Assembly (NCBI GenBank): GCA_037133055.1
Contig: JBAXOY010000003.1
Location: forward strand, 1-57,391
Length of the DNA: 57,391 bases
Reading direction: 5' to 3'
Source of the DNA: Chlamydiota bacterium
GTDB taxonomy: Bacteria; Auribacterota; Tritonobacteria; UBA1439
The position numbers and the translations under genes were made by a program. The first letter of the stretch is position 1. The number at the start of each line of letters is the position of its first letter. The notes under the pieces were generated by a model. The model saw nothing but the letters and a program-made list of their open reading frames with translations. It was not told the DNA's origin and ran no database searches. Below, piece after piece: positions 17,100 to 27,212 of the stretch.

Positions 17100-17591
17100 G
17101 TGGGAACGCAGGCGCACGAGAAGCCCCTCGCGGTGGCGATCGCCGCGCTCATCCACGAGGGGAAGATACTCCTGATCAGGAGAAAACGGGGGGATTACCC
17201 GGGGCTCTGGGGGCTGCCCGGCGGCAAGGTCGAGCACGACGAGCACCTCTCGGAGGCGGCGACGAGGGAGATCCGCGAGGAATCCGGCATCGAGGCCTCG
17301 TTCAGCCGGTACCTCGGCTGCGTTTCCGAGCACCTGGTCGAGGGGGGGCGCGTGGCGCGGCATTTTCTTCTGCACGTCTGCGCCCTCGCGCCGCGCACGA
17401 CGGAGATCCGCGCCGACGCCGAGGGGACGCTTCGCTGGTGCGCGCTCGAACGGATCGCCGGGATGAAGGCGGAGATCATCCCCAGCGATTTCCTGATCAT
17501 CGAGCGGATGATCACGGGGAACGGGAAGGGCTACTACGACTGCGTTCTGGAAAAGACCGGGGACTCGCACGCGCTGAAAAAATTCGCGTGA
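17100..17591 (+). CDS. NUDIX hydrolase
   Basis: NUDIX box GLPGGKVEHDEHLSEAATREIREESGI. The GTG at 17100 is 5 nt after GAAGGAGGGG. The longer track ORF (17040) would read through the palindrome. Confidence 0.85.
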   Translation: MGTQAHEKPLAVAIAALIHEGKILLIRRKRGDYPGLWGLPGGKVEHDEHLSEAATREIREESGIEASFSRYLGCVSEHLVEGGRVARHFLLHVCALAPRTTEIRADAEGTLRWCALERIAGMKAEIIPSDFLIIERMITGNGKGYYDCVLEKTGDSHALKKFA

Positions 17592-17593
17592 GT

Positions 17594-19516
17594 TCATGCC
17601 TCGGGGGGCCTCACCAGGGGGAGCTCGATGGTGAATACCGTTTCGCCATCCTCCATGCTCCTTGCGCGGATGCTCCCGCCGTGGTCCTTGACGATCCCCA
17701 GGGCGAGGCTCAAGCCGAGGCCGGTGCCCTGGTCGAGCTCCTTCGTGCTGAAGAGGGGGATGAAGATCTTCTCCAGCCGGTCGGGGGGAATGTGGGCGCC
17801 GTTGTTGCCGATGGCGATCTCGATCGATCCGTCCCGCAGCCTGCTCGACACCGTGATCCTGCGTTCCCCGCTCTTTCCCGTGAGGGCGTGATGGGCGTTG
17901 TTGAGGATGTTGACGAAGGCCTGCTGCATCTGGTTTGAATCGAACATCGCCTCCGGGATCTGCGCGTCGAGAGAAGTGCTCACCCGGATCCCGACCTCTT
18001 TGAGCTGGTGGGCCTTGAGTTCGAGCGAGGTCTCGATGATCTGGTTGATCTCCGCGGGGACCTTGTGGAGGGCGGGCCTGCGGGAGAAGGTGAGCAGGTT
18101 TTTCACGAGGTACTGGCAGCGGAGCGCCTCCTTGTACAGGCGCTGAATGTCCTCCCTGAGCTCCGCCGGGCAGTCGGACTGCTGGATGATCTCGGCGTAG
18201 CCGAGCACGCCCGTGAGGGGGTTGTTGAGCTCGTGGGCGATGCCGGAGATAAGCTCGCCGAGGGCCGAGAGCTTCTCCTTCTGGATCAGATCCTCCTCGA
18301 GCTGCTTGCGGCGCGTGATATCCTCGGCGATCCCCGCGTAGCCCATCACCTGGCCCTTCTCGTTCCTGATGACGCACATCCGCAGGAGGATCGGGAATAT
18401 CTCCCCGGACTTCCTCCGGTCCAGAATCTCCCCCTCCCACAGGCCGTTTTTCGCCTCGCGGGTGATGATCCCGGCGAGGTCGACGGGGTTCCCGGGGACC
18501 CCCTCGAAAAACTCCGTGGAGATCCGTCCGAGCAGCTCCTCCTCGCGGTAGCCGAGCATCCGCACGGCGGCGGGGTTCACGTAGATGATCCGGTGGTTGA
18601 GGTCCATGATGATGACTCTCGATGCCATGTTCTCGATCACGCTCGCGAGCTGCCGCACGTTCTTTTCGATGGCGAGGCGCTGGGAGATGTCGCGGCAGAT
18701 GGCGAGGATGACCCTCCTCCCGCGGAAGGAGGCCGCGCTCGCGCTGACGTCCACCGCGAAATGCATGCCGCTCTTCGTGACCATCTCGACCTGGCCCGAT
18801 ACCCCCGTCTCCCCCGCGGCGTCCTGCAGCGGGAGGCAGAGCCGATCGAAGTCCCCGGGGGCGTAGATCGCCGTGTTCTTCAGCGCGAGGAGCTCCTTCG
18901 CGGGATACCCGGTGATCGTCTCCGCCATCCGGTTCGCGCTGAGGATCCGGTCCGCCTCGGGGTCGATGGTGAATATCGCGTCGTGGGCGTGCTCCATGAG
19001 AAGCCGGTGGAGCACCTCGGACTGCCTGAGCTCCTCGGTCTTTGCGGCCACGAGCGCCTTGAGCCCCGTGGTGTATTCGCCGATCACCGCCTGCGCCTTC
19101 CGCTTCTCCGTGATGTCGGTGAGGAGCTGCAGCACGACCTTGCTCCCGTCGGGCATGACGAGCGGGCTTGCGGAGGACTCGTAGAGCCGGCCTTCCCGGT
19201 CCCTCGCCACGTAGGTGAAAAACTCCCTGCCCTCCTGCAGGATTTCCCGGACCGGGCAGACGGGGCAGGGGCTCTTCCGCCCGGCGAGCGCCCGGTAGCA
19301 CTTCTCCCCGATACGGGCGCCATAGCGCTCCCTCATCCGCGTGTTGATATAGCGGATGGTGTAGTCCGAGTCCTCGATCCCCACGAAGTAGTCGAAGGCG
19401 TCGAGGGCGTCGAACAGGGGGGGGGCCTTCTGCGGCGCGCGCGGGGGCGCGGAGCCGGACGACGGCGGACGGGGTGGCCGGGCGTGCGACCGCGAGGCGT
19501 TACGAGGAGCGCGCAT
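17594..19516 (-). CDS. multi-PAS sensor histidine kinase
   Basis: 640 aa from MRAPRNAS. Several PAS-like modules, H-box SGIAHELNNPL, N-box NILNNAHHAL, and G-boxes GTGLGLS. An N-terminal Cys cluster CYRALAGRKSPCPVCP is present. Confidence 0.88.
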   Translation of the reverse strand: MRAPRNASRSHARPPRPPSSGSAPPRAPQKAPPLFDALDAFDYFVGIEDSDYTIRYINTRMRERYGARIGEKCYRALAGRKSPCPVCPVREILQEGREFFTYVARDREGRLYESSASPLVMPDGSKVVLQLLTDITEKRKAQAVIGEYTTGLKALVAAKTEELRQSEVLHRLLMEHAHDAIFTIDPEADRILSANRMAETITGYPAKELLALKNTAIYAPGDFDRLCLPLQDAAGETGVSGQVEMVTKSGMHFAVDVSASAASFRGRRVILAICRDISQRLAIEKNVRQLASVIENMASRVIIMDLNHRIIYVNPAAVRMLGYREEELLGRISTEFFEGVPGNPVDLAGIITREAKNGLWEGEILDRRKSGEIFPILLRMCVIRNEKGQVMGYAGIAEDITRRKQLEEDLIQKEKLSALGELISGIAHELNNPLTGVLGYAEIIQQSDCPAELREDIQRLYKEALRCQYLVKNLLTFSRRPALHKVPAEINQIIETSLELKAHQLKEVGIRVSTSLDAQIPEAMFDSNQMQQAFVNILNNAHHALTGKSGERRITVSSRLRDGSIEIAIGNNGAHIPPDRLEKIFIPLFSTKELDQGTGLGLSLALGIVKDHGGSIRARSMEDGETVFTIELPLVRPPEA

Positions 19517-19624
19517 ATGCGGAGGCCATTGGATTGAGATACAGTATATCCGAGCGGAGCGCCGCGGGTCAAACAAAAGCGCGCTTGCCCACCTCAATGA
19601 ACGAATGGTACCATCGTCGCCCGT

Positions 19625-20668
19625 GTGCGGAAGGGGAAACCATTGCCTGCGTCGACACGATCCGTAGTGTACTGGGGCCTCGTGTGCCTCTGCGCGTGTA
19701 TCGCGGCGGGCCCGTGGCGGCATCTCGTCTTCGAGCGGCCTGCCCGCGAGGCGCCCGCCGCGGCTCTGCGGGAGCGCGCCGCCCTCGTGCCGGACGAGGC
19801 CGAGCTGTTCCGTTCATTCGAGAAGGCGGCCGCGGAGAACCCGCTCATCGGGTTTCTGTCTCTCGCGTTCGGAGGAGTCGTACTGGCCGGGCTGTTGATC
19901 GACGCGCGCGTGCTCCTGCGCGCGGTCGGGAAGCGCCCGTCATGGACGGCCGGTCCGCCGGGAGGCGAGTGGGGCCTCTCGGAGGTCCTGAAGGCCGCGC
20001 TCCTTTTCCTTTCAGTATTCTTCGCCTTGGACCCGCTCGCGCGCCTCTTCCGGCTCCTCCCCTGCGCCCCCTCGGACGTCTCGCTCCAGGTTTTTTTCCA
20101 GTTCGTCGCGGAATGTGCCGCGATCGTATTCATACTCACCTCTTTTTCCGCGGGGCTGCGCGGGGGACTCAAAAAACTGGGGCTGTCGACGGGGGGGTGC
20201 CGCGTCGGGGTCATCGCCGGCGTGCGCGCGTACGTCGGGTTCCTCCCGGTCATGATCGGGATCGTGATTCTCACGCGGTTCGCGGCGGAACGGGCGGGGA
20301 TCGCGCTCGAGCCCCAGACGCCGATAGGGTTTTTCTTCGCCGATCTTTCCCGGCCCGCCCTGATCTTTCTCGCGGCCTTCGTAGCCGTTGTCGGCCCGGT
20401 GTTCGAGGAGATCTTTTTCCGCGGATTCGCCTACCAGGCGATCAGGCGGCGGTGGGGGCGCTGGCCCGGCATCCTCGTGACCGCACTCGTGTTTTCCGCG
20501 CTCCACGCGAACGCCGCCGTCTTCCTGCCGATCTTCGGGCTGGGGATTCTCCTCGCCTGCGTTTTTGAGGCGACAGGGTCCCTCATCCCCTCTGTCACGA
20601 TTCATATATGCCAGAACAGCGTGGCGGCCGCGGCCGCCCTGCTGCTTCGCTCCATCGCCCGGGGCTGA
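19625..20668 (+). CDS. CPBP-family intramembrane glutamic endopeptidase
   Basis: Polytopic, with EEIFFRGF and ALVFSALH motifs (CAAX protease/bacteriocin-processing family). GTG start. Confidence 0.8.
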   Translation: MRKGKPLPASTRSVVYWGLVCLCACIAAGPWRHLVFERPAREAPAAALRERAALVPDEAELFRSFEKAAAENPLIGFLSLAFGGVVLAGLLIDARVLLRAVGKRPSWTAGPPGGEWGLSEVLKAALLFLSVFFALDPLARLFRLLPCAPSDVSLQVFFQFVAECAAIVFILTSFSAGLRGGLKKLGLSTGGCRVGVIAGVRAYVGFLPVMIGIVILTRFAAERAGIALEPQTPIGFFFADLSRPALIFLAAFVAVVGPVFEEIFFRGFAYQAIRRRWGRWPGILVTALVFSALHANAAVFLPIFGLGILLACVFEATGSLIPSVTIHICQNSVAAAAALLLRSIARG

Positions 20669-20686
20669 CTGTGCTACAATTGTGTC

Positions 20687-20718
20687 TCGATCGCTCGATC
20701 GCTCGATAGCTCGATAGC
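20687..20718. repeat. 8-mer tandem repeat TCGATCGC x2 + TCGATAGC x2
   Basis: Four contiguous 8-mers in an AABB pattern, 17 nt upstream of the mtnA ATG. Confidence 0.9.
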
Positions 20719-20734
20719 TTTATACGGAGGCCTC

Positions 20735-21802
20735 ATGAGGGTAAAAACCATCGCGTGGAAAAACGGCGCAATGCGCATCGTGGACCAGACGAAGCTGCCC
20801 GGGAAGCTCGTCTACAAGGACTGCGAAACCCCCGCGGAGGCGTGGCGCGCCATCAAGCGGCTCGAGGTGCGCGGCGCGCCCGCCATCGGCATCGCGGGCG
20901 CCATGGGCCTCGTCCTCGGGATCAAAAGCTCGACCGCGCGCGGCTTCGACCGGTTCATCGGGGAGGTCCGGAAGGTCGCCGACTACCTCGGCACGTCGCG
21001 GCCCACGGCGGTGAACCTTTTCTGGGCCCTGCGGCGGATGGTCGAGACCGCCGAGCGGAACCGCACCGACGATATCCCGAAGCTGAAGAAGATCCTCGAG
21101 CGGGAGGCGCTGAAGATCCTCGATGAGGACAACGATATCTGCCGCCGGATCGGGGCGCATGGCTCGGCCCTTCTGAAGCACGGGACGAGAGTCCTCACGC
21201 ACTGCAACGCCGGCGGCCTTGCGACGGCGGAGCACGGGACCGCGCTCGCGGTGATGTTCGCCGCGCACGACGCGGGAAAAAAAATCCACGTCTTCGCGGA
21301 CGAGACCCGTCCGCTCCTCCAGGGGGCGCGCCTGACCGCGTGGGAGCTCGTGCGCGCGGGGATCGATGCGACGCTCATCTGCGACAACATGGCGGCGCGG
21401 GTCATGTTCGAGGGGCGGGTGGATATCGTGATCACCGGCGCCGACCGGATCGCCGCGAACGGCGACACCGCGAACAAAATCGGCACCTACGGGCTCGCGC
21501 GGCTCGCGGCGGTCCACGGCATCCCGTTGTATATCGCCGCGCCGCTCTCCACCGTGGACCTCGAGATACGGACGGGGAAAGAGATCCCCATCGAGCAGCG
21601 CAACCCGGACGAGGTGCGGATGATCGGGGGGACGCGGATCGCCCCCGCGGACGTGAAGGTGTACAACCCGGCGTTCGACGTCACCCCGGCCCGTTTCATC
21701 GCGGGGATCATCACGGAGACCGGCATCATCAGGCCCCCGTACCGGTCGAGTCTCCGCGGGGCCTTCCGGAAGGCGGGACTGCCGGCGCGCGGAAGGCGGT
21801 GA
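20735..21802 (+). CDS. mtnA: S-methyl-5-thioribose-1-phosphate isomerase
   Basis: RGAPAIG, THCNAGGLAT, ADETRPLLQGARLTAWEL and GADRIAANGDTANKIGTY are motifs of the MtnA/eIF-2B-like family. Confidence 0.9.
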   Translation: MRVKTIAWKNGAMRIVDQTKLPGKLVYKDCETPAEAWRAIKRLEVRGAPAIGIAGAMGLVLGIKSSTARGFDRFIGEVRKVADYLGTSRPTAVNLFWALRRMVETAERNRTDDIPKLKKILEREALKILDEDNDICRRIGAHGSALLKHGTRVLTHCNAGGLATAEHGTALAVMFAAHDAGKKIHVFADETRPLLQGARLTAWELVRAGIDATLICDNMAARVMFEGRVDIVITGADRIAANGDTANKIGTYGLARLAAVHGIPLYIAAPLSTVDLEIRTGKEIPIEQRNPDEVRMIGGTRIAPADVKVYNPAFDVTPARFIAGIITETGIIRPPYRSSLRGAFRKAGLPARGRR

Positions 21803-21821
21803 CCGTGTGAGAGGGTCGCGC

Positions 21822-22769
21822 ATGGACCGGAAACTCCGCGACATCGGGGAATTCGCCCTCATCGAGGAGCTGAAGGCGCGGGCCTTCGCGGGGCCGGGGA
21901 CGGTCGTCGGCATCGGGGACGACGCGGCGGTGCTTGAGCCGCCCGGGTCCGGCCGTCTCCTGCTCTTCACTACCGACATGCTCGTCGAGGGGACCCACTT
22001 CGACCTCTCGACCGTCTCTCCGTATCAGGTCGGATGGAAGGCGCTCGCCTGCAGCCTGAGCGACATCGCCGCCATGGGGGGGCTGCCGCGCGCCGCGGTC
22101 GTGTCGCTTGGGGCCCCGGGCGATCTCGGCGTCGACTTCTGCCTTGAGCTCTATCGCGGGATGGACGACCTCGCGCGGCGTTTCGACTGCGGCATCGCGG
22201 GCGGCGACACCGTCGGGAGCGGGACCGGGCTGGTCGTCTCGGTGGCGATGCTCGGCGAGGTCGAGCGGGAGCGGCTCGCCCTGCGCTCCGGCGCGCGCCC
22301 GGGGGACGGGCTCTGGGTGACGGGACGCCTCGGGGGTTCTTACGCGGGGCGTCACCTCGCGTTCGTACCCCGCGTTCTCGAGGCGAGGTTCCTCGTCGAG
22401 CGGTTTCCCGTCAAGGCGATGATGGACCTGAGCGACGGCCTCGGGAGCGACCTGTTCAGGATGGCCGCGGCGAGCGGCGCCGGGTTCCGCATCTGCGGCG
22501 AGCGGATCCCCGTGGACCGCGAGGCGGCCGGGACCGCGGACGCGGAGACGGCCCTCGAGAAGGCGCTTTACGACGGGGAGGATTTCGAGCTCCTCGCGGC
22601 GATCGATCCCTCCTGCGACGACGGCATCCTGGGGCGTGAGTTCGCCGCGCGGTTCGAATGCGGGATCACCAGGATCGGGACGGTGATGGGGAAGGCGCAC
22701 GGCGTCACGGTCTCGATGCCGGGGGGGGAGATGCCGCTCCGCGAGGGGGGGTTTGAGCACTTTGACTGA
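21822..22769 (+). CDS. thiL: thiamine-monophosphate kinase
   Basis: GEFALIE, GIGDDAAVL, TTDMLVEGTHF, LSDIAAMGG and MDLSDGL are the ThiL/AIR-synthase-related motifs. Confidence 0.88.
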   Translation: MDRKLRDIGEFALIEELKARAFAGPGTVVGIGDDAAVLEPPGSGRLLLFTTDMLVEGTHFDLSTVSPYQVGWKALACSLSDIAAMGGLPRAAVVSLGAPGDLGVDFCLELYRGMDDLARRFDCGIAGGDTVGSGTGLVVSVAMLGEVERERLALRSGARPGDGLWVTGRLGGSYAGRHLAFVPRVLEARFLVERFPVKAMMDLSDGLGSDLFRMAAASGAGFRICGERIPVDREAAGTADAETALEKALYDGEDFELLAAIDPSCDDGILGREFAARFECGITRIGTVMGKAHGVTVSMPGGEMPLREGGFEHFD

Positions 22770-23229
22770 GCGGGAACTGGTGTTCCACTCGTCGAGCCCC
22801 GGGGAGACGCGCGCCGTCGGGGCGCGCCTCGGCGCGCGCCTGAAGCCCGGCGCTGTGCTCGCCCTCCACGGCGAGCTCGGCGCGGGGAAGACCTGCCTTG
22901 TCCAGGGCCTCGCCGAAGGGCTCGGGATCGTTCCGCCCGCGCGCGTGAGCAGCCCCACGTTCGTCATCATCAACGAATACCCCGCGCGGATCCCGCTCTT
23001 TCACTTCGACCTCTACCGCCTTCCCGACGGGCAGGAGCTCATCGAGCTCGGATGGGAGGATTACCTGGAGCGCGGGGGCGTGATCGCGATCGAATGGGCG
23101 GAGCGGATGCGCGATCTCCTTCCGGCGGATCACCTCGGCGTGACGATGGAGGTGACCGGGGAGAAGACCCGCCGGATCACGCTCCGGGGTGAGGGGATGG
23201 AAAGATATCTGATGGCTGAGGCGACATGA
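22753..23229 (+). CDS. tsaE: tRNA t6A37 biosynthesis ATPase TsaE
   Basis: ALHGELGAGKTCLVQGL (P-loop), SPTFVIINEY and HFDLYRL. The TTG start is uncertain and overlaps the thiL end. Confidence 0.85.
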   Translation: MSTLTERELVFHSSSPGETRAVGARLGARLKPGAVLALHGELGAGKTCLVQGLAEGLGIVPPARVSSPTFVIINEYPARIPLFHFDLYRLPDGQELIELGWEDYLERGGVIAIEWAERMRDLLPADHLGVTMEVTGEKTRRITLRGEGMERYLMAEAT

Positions 23230-23912
23230 ATATCCTCGGAATCGAAACCTCGACCCGCCGGGCGAGCCTCGCCGTCGCCGCCGACGGCGCACTCCTCGCC
23301 GAGGTCGTGCTCCCCGGGGACTCGAACCCCTCAGCGCAGCTCCTCCCCGCGCTCGACGGGCTCCTGAAAAAATGCGGGCTCGTCCCCCGGGACATCGGGG
23401 GGATCGCCGCGGGGACGGGGCCGGGATCGTTCACCGGCATCCGGATAGGACTCGCGACCGCCCGCGGGCTCTCCGCCGCCCGCGGGATGCCGATCAGGGG
23501 CGTGGGCGGGTTCGACAACCTTCTCGCCGGCTATGTGGGTGGTGACGCGGCGCGCGTCTGCCCTCTCGTGGACGCGCACAGCTACGGGGTGTATGCGGCG
23601 GTGTACGAACGGGAGGGGACGGGGTACCGGCGTGTGAAGGCGCCGTTCGTGTGCCGGCCCGACGCGCTCCCCGGTTTGGTCGAGGGCGAGGTCTTCTTCA
23701 TGGGGCCGCACCTCGGCAGGTTCAGGGAACTCCTCGCCGGGCTCTTCGGCTCGCGGGCCTCGTTCGACGCGGGAGACCGTTTCCCGGCCGCCTCGACCGC
23801 CGCGCTGCTCTTCGACGGCCCCGCGGCCCTTCGCGACGATCCTCCCGGGACGGTCGCGCCCCTCTATCTCCTCCCGGGGGTGCGGGTGAAGTCGGTCACG
23901 CGGAAGCCGTGA
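23226..23912 (+). CDS. tsaB: tRNA t6A37 biosynthesis protein TsaB
   Basis: MNILGIETSTRRASLAV...GPGSFTGIRIGLATARGL. ATGA overlap with tsaE. Confidence 0.85.
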   Translation: MNILGIETSTRRASLAVAADGALLAEVVLPGDSNPSAQLLPALDGLLKKCGLVPRDIGGIAAGTGPGSFTGIRIGLATARGLSAARGMPIRGVGGFDNLLAGYVGGDAARVCPLVDAHSYGVYAAVYEREGTGYRRVKAPFVCRPDALPGLVEGEVFFMGPHLGRFRELLAGLFGSRASFDAGDRFPAASTAALLFDGPAALRDDPPGTVAPLYLLPGVRVKSVTRKP

Positions 23913-23948
23913 CGCCGCCGCGCGGCATCATCGCGGAGCGACGAGCCC

Positions 23949-24998
23949 TTACCATCTCGGCGGGTCCTTCGGGAACACGATATCCGTCGCGGACCTTTTC
24001 CCGTCCGGCGTCACCCCTTCCCGCATCAATTCCTGCCAGAGCGCCTCGGCCGCGATGCGATGCGCTATTTCGCTCGGGTGGGGGTCCTTGAACGGGGTGG
24101 CCTCGAGCCTGGTCTGGTCCATACCCTTGTAGTACGGGAAGAGATCGAGGTAAGAGAGCCCCGCCCTTTCGCACGCCTGGCGCAGTTTCGCCTCGATGTC
24201 CGCGAACGGATAGTCGTCCCCGAGACCGTATGAGAAAAGCGGAAACATGACCACCACGACCGGGATGTGGTTTTGGCGGGAGAAAGTCCCGAGGGCGCAC
24301 AATGCCTTCCGGGATTTCTGCCACCCCGGATAGGTGTCCTTGTAGAGCTTGTGATAATAGTGTTTGTGCCCGCGCACGACGCGGTAGTTGAAATACCGGT
24401 GCATCGCCAGTTTGAACAGCGCCGAGTGATTGTAGAGGAAGGAGGTCACCACCGCCCTCGGTTTTACAAAGGGATGGTAGTAGCACTTTTTTCTGATGAG
24501 GCGCAGCGTCTCCCGCCCCTCGCCATTCCAGTCCTCCGGGTCGTTCAGGCAATGGCCGAGTATCACGAGATCGGGGTTGACCTCGTCGGCCTTTCGCAGT
24601 ATGAGCTGTACCTCCTCGGGGGTGGATCTTCCCCCCCTGCTCAGGTTGACGACCTGGTAGGTGACGGTTTTGTCGTGCTTGAAATAATTCAGGTACAGCT
24701 CCAGCTTTTTCGGATAGCTGTCCTCCAAGGAGACTCCTTCTCCCGCGGAAAAGGAATCGCCGGCCACCATGATCCTGTAGACATCCTTCCCCTTTGCGGT
24801 CGGATAGTCGAAGTCGCGATACCGCAGCGAATTGTACGGCATGCGCGCGGCCCTGAAGAGGGGAGGTTCCACGCGAGGGGGCTGTTTCTCCGGGATCAGG
24901 CGCACGGCGATCTCGGCCGCGATCAGCGAGAGGACGACGCCGATGGAGAGCGCGGCGAGGTTGCGGAGCGATCTTCGGAGTGTCGATTTCCAGCGCAT
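23949..24998 (-). CDS. SGNH/GDSL-family hydrolase, membrane-anchored
   Basis: 349 aa from MRWKSTLRRSLRNLAALSIGVVLSLIAA. Block I is IMVAGDSFSAG, block III LGHCLNDPED, block V DPHPSEIAH. Confidence 0.75.
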   Translation of the reverse strand: MRWKSTLRRSLRNLAALSIGVVLSLIAAEIAVRLIPEKQPPRVEPPLFRAARMPYNSLRYRDFDYPTAKGKDVYRIMVAGDSFSAGEGVSLEDSYPKKLELYLNYFKHDKTVTYQVVNLSRGGRSTPEEVQLILRKADEVNPDLVILGHCLNDPEDWNGEGRETLRLIRKKCYYHPFVKPRAVVTSFLYNHSALFKLAMHRYFNYRVVRGHKHYYHKLYKDTYPGWQKSRKALCALGTFSRQNHIPVVVVMFPLFSYGLGDDYPFADIEAKLRQACERAGLSYLDLFPYYKGMDQTRLEATPFKDPHPSEIAHRIAAEALWQELMREGVTPDGKRSATDIVFPKDPPRW

Positions 24999-25014
24999 TT
25001 GTCCTCGATGGCTC

Positions 25015-26217
25015 CTAGTGCGGCGATGCGTCAAGCACGGCGACGGGATGCCCGTCCTTGACGAGCAGCCGTTCCACGAAGCCGCAGAAGGCAAATGCGG
25101 TCCTGTCGAAGCTCTCCGGCGCGTAGCGGGTGCGGGCGACGCGGAGGGCCCGTTCGCCGAGTTCCGCGCGGAGCGCGGGATCGGAAGCGAGGCGCGCCAT
25201 AGCCCGGGCGAAGGCGTCGGGTTCGGGCGGCGCCAGGAAGGCGAACTCCGCGGAGAGGACCTGGCTGTGGGACGGGATGTCGGTCGCGAGGACCGGTTTT
25301 CCCGCCTGGAGATAGGAGTAGATCTTCATGGGCGTGTTCACGCCCTTGCATCGCGGGGAGACGAGGACCTCGGCCTCAGCCATGATCTCCCCGAGTAGCT
25401 CGGGCGGCTGCTCTCCCCTGAAACGGACCCTGTCCGCGATCTTCTTCGCGCGGCACACCTCGGTGTAGTGGGCGATGTGCGCCGGGGCGCCGCCGATGAT
25501 TTCGAGCGACGAACTCCCGTCCGACCGCGCGAATCGCGAAAAGCTATCGAGGAGCAGGTCGATTCCCTGGTATTGCTCCAGGTTCCCGATGTACATGAAG
25601 GTGGCCCGACCCGCGGCGGTCCCGCGCCCCTTTCCCGGGCGCGCGTCTTCGGAGAGCGGTGCGCACAGGGGCGCATCCGGGAGCACCATGATGTGCCGCG
25701 CTCCCTGCGCCCGGGCGTATTCCGCGAGCGCGTCGCACACCGCGAGCACGGCGGACGCGTTCCTGATGACGATCCCTTCGAGACACCGTACAACCGGCAG
25801 GAGCGGTCTCAGGGAGGGATGCGAGCCGGACATCTGCTCCGACAGGCAGGAGTCCATGTCGTAGATGTACGGGTAGCCCGCCGCCCATTTGAAGAGGAGC
25901 GCGATGAACGCGGACTCCTCCCCTGCGTGGACGAGATCGTACGGCTCCCGCCGCAGCCGGAGGGCGGCGCTCGCGAAGAGCGCCAGATCGCAGGTGAGCT
26001 TCTTCAGTGAAAAGCCGGGTCGCACGCCGCGCGTCCCCGGGATGCGCGGGATGCGGAAGACCCGCACGTTGGGGATTTCCACGGCGGAACCCTCGTGGAA
26101 CGCCAGGATATCGACGAGCCACCCCCTGCGGGAAAAGGACTCGGCGAGGCGCTTCACGGCGATCGGGGTTCCCCGCAGTTGGTAAAACGGCTGAGGGGCC
26201 AACAGCAGCACCTTCAT
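25015..26217 (-). CDS. glycosyltransferase, GT4-type (GT-B fold)
   Basis: 400 aa, MKVLLLAPQPFYQLRGTPIA. The C-terminal half has the GT1/GT4 pattern ...FRGEQPPELLGEIMAEAEVLVSPR..GVNTPMKIYSYLQAGKPVLATD. Confidence 0.85.
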   Translation of the reverse strand: MKVLLLAPQPFYQLRGTPIAVKRLAESFSRRGWLVDILAFHEGSAVEIPNVRVFRIPRIPGTRGVRPGFSLKKLTCDLALFASAALRLRREPYDLVHAGEESAFIALLFKWAAGYPYIYDMDSCLSEQMSGSHPSLRPLLPVVRCLEGIVIRNASAVLAVCDALAEYARAQGARHIMVLPDAPLCAPLSEDARPGKGRGTAAGRATFMYIGNLEQYQGIDLLLDSFSRFARSDGSSSLEIIGGAPAHIAHYTEVCRAKKIADRVRFRGEQPPELLGEIMAEAEVLVSPRCKGVNTPMKIYSYLQAGKPVLATDIPSHSQVLSAEFAFLAPPEPDAFARAMARLASDPALRAELGERALRVARTRYAPESFDRTAFAFCGFVERLLVKDGHPVAVLDASPH

Positions 26218-26282
26218 CTGCGTTTCCGGCGATGAATTATTACGTTGAAATCTACAATCACATGGTACTATTAGCATAAATA

Positions 26283-26768
26283 ATGGCCATGAATACAAGC
26301 AAAAAATTACGCGCCTCGGGGAGACCTCCGAAATTCATGGAAGATCGCCGCCCCGTGACGGTGACTCTCCCCGTGCGGGTTCTCGATATCCTCAGGACGG
26401 TCGATCCCGATCGCGCCCGGGCAATCGCAAAGCTCGCAGACGAAGCGGGCAGGGGGATGAGCGAAAAGAAGCCGGTGGAGATCGTGGAGGTGGCGCCGAA
26501 CCGCGGCCTTATCGTTGTGTCGGACAGCGCGGCGCTTCGGAGCATTGAGGGGCTGCGCCTGATCGAGATCGCCCCCGCTCGGTTCCTGATCACGGTGAAG
26601 GCGAATTTGAGCGTGGAATCGCTCGAGGTTCAGATCCATGACCTGATCGAGGAAGAGAGGGGCGGTCCGGAAGAGAGTGCGCTCCTGCAGGAACTGCTGC
26701 GTCAGATCCGCCACCAGCGGCGGAGCAAGTCGGTCTCGAAAGAAGAGCTCCTCATCGTCAGCGTATGA
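26283..26768 (+). CDS. hypothetical protein (possible RHH-like N-terminus)
   Basis: 161 aa. GRPPKFMEDRRPVTVTLPVRVLDILR resembles a beta-strand-helix DNA-binding start. No family recognised. Confidence 0.5.
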   Translation: MAMNTSKKLRASGRPPKFMEDRRPVTVTLPVRVLDILRTVDPDRARAIAKLADEAGRGMSEKKPVEIVEVAPNRGLIVVSDSAALRSIEGLRLIEIAPARFLITVKANLSVESLEVQIHDLIEEERGGPEESALLQELLRQIRHQRRSKSVSKEELLIVSV

Positions 26769-26860
26769 GGAGTGTGTACTGCAGGGCGCGGATTCCGTGC
26801 GTTATTTCTTATCCTCTTTTGCCGGCAACCGGAAGCCGGAAACTGTCGCTGCCGTAGTAG

Positions 26861-26937
26861 TGGTGGGCGATACAGGACTTGAACCTGTGACCTCTTGGGT
26901 GTGATCCAAGCGCTCTAGCCAACTGAGCTAATCGCCC
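26861..26937 (-). tRNA. tRNA-Val (anticodon CAC)
   Basis: The reverse complement is GGGCGAT-TA-GCTC-AGTTGGCTA-GAGC-G-CTTGG-ATCACAC-CCAAG-AGGTC-ACAGG-TTCAAGT-CCTGT-ATCGCCC-A-CCA. This is a full cloverleaf with U33 and A37, and the CCA is encoded. Confidence 0.92.
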
Positions 26938-26961
26938 GCCCGGGGTGTTATGTGAACCCCT

Positions 26962-26990
26962 ATACTATAAGAAACCCTCCCGGATGTAAA
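26962..26990 (-). promoter_or_regulatory. sigma70-like promoter candidate for tRNA-Val (TTTACA-N17-TAGTAT)
   Basis: On the minus strand, -35 TTTACA is at 26990-26985 and -10 TAGTAT at 26967-26962, about 25 nt upstream of the mature tRNA 5' end. Confidence 0.45.
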
Positions 26991-26992
26991 CT

Positions 26993-27179
26993 CCCATTCC
27001 CCTGGAGGGCGACGGGCCCCGTCGCCGCAGGGCCCCACGTCACCTCTTGATTTCAACCGTGAATGCACGCCAATAGACGCGGATAACTATTCCATCAATT
27101 CGCGTTCATTAGCGGTTCCACTTCGTATCGCCGGCGGCAGGGGCCTGCCGCCCTCCGGATCCCGGTCAATCTGTCGCCG
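26993..27179. repeat. copy A of ~190-bp tandem direct repeat
   Basis: Nearly identical to 27213-27409, differing by about 7 substitutions and one 10-bp indel. Two GC hairpins (GGCGACGG-GCC-CCGTCGCC and GGCGGCAG-GGGC-CTGCCGCC) flank an AT-richer ~100-bp core. Confidence 0.9.
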
Positions 27180-27212
27180 TATCCCGGTGGTCGAGCCGCC
27201 CGCCCTCCATGC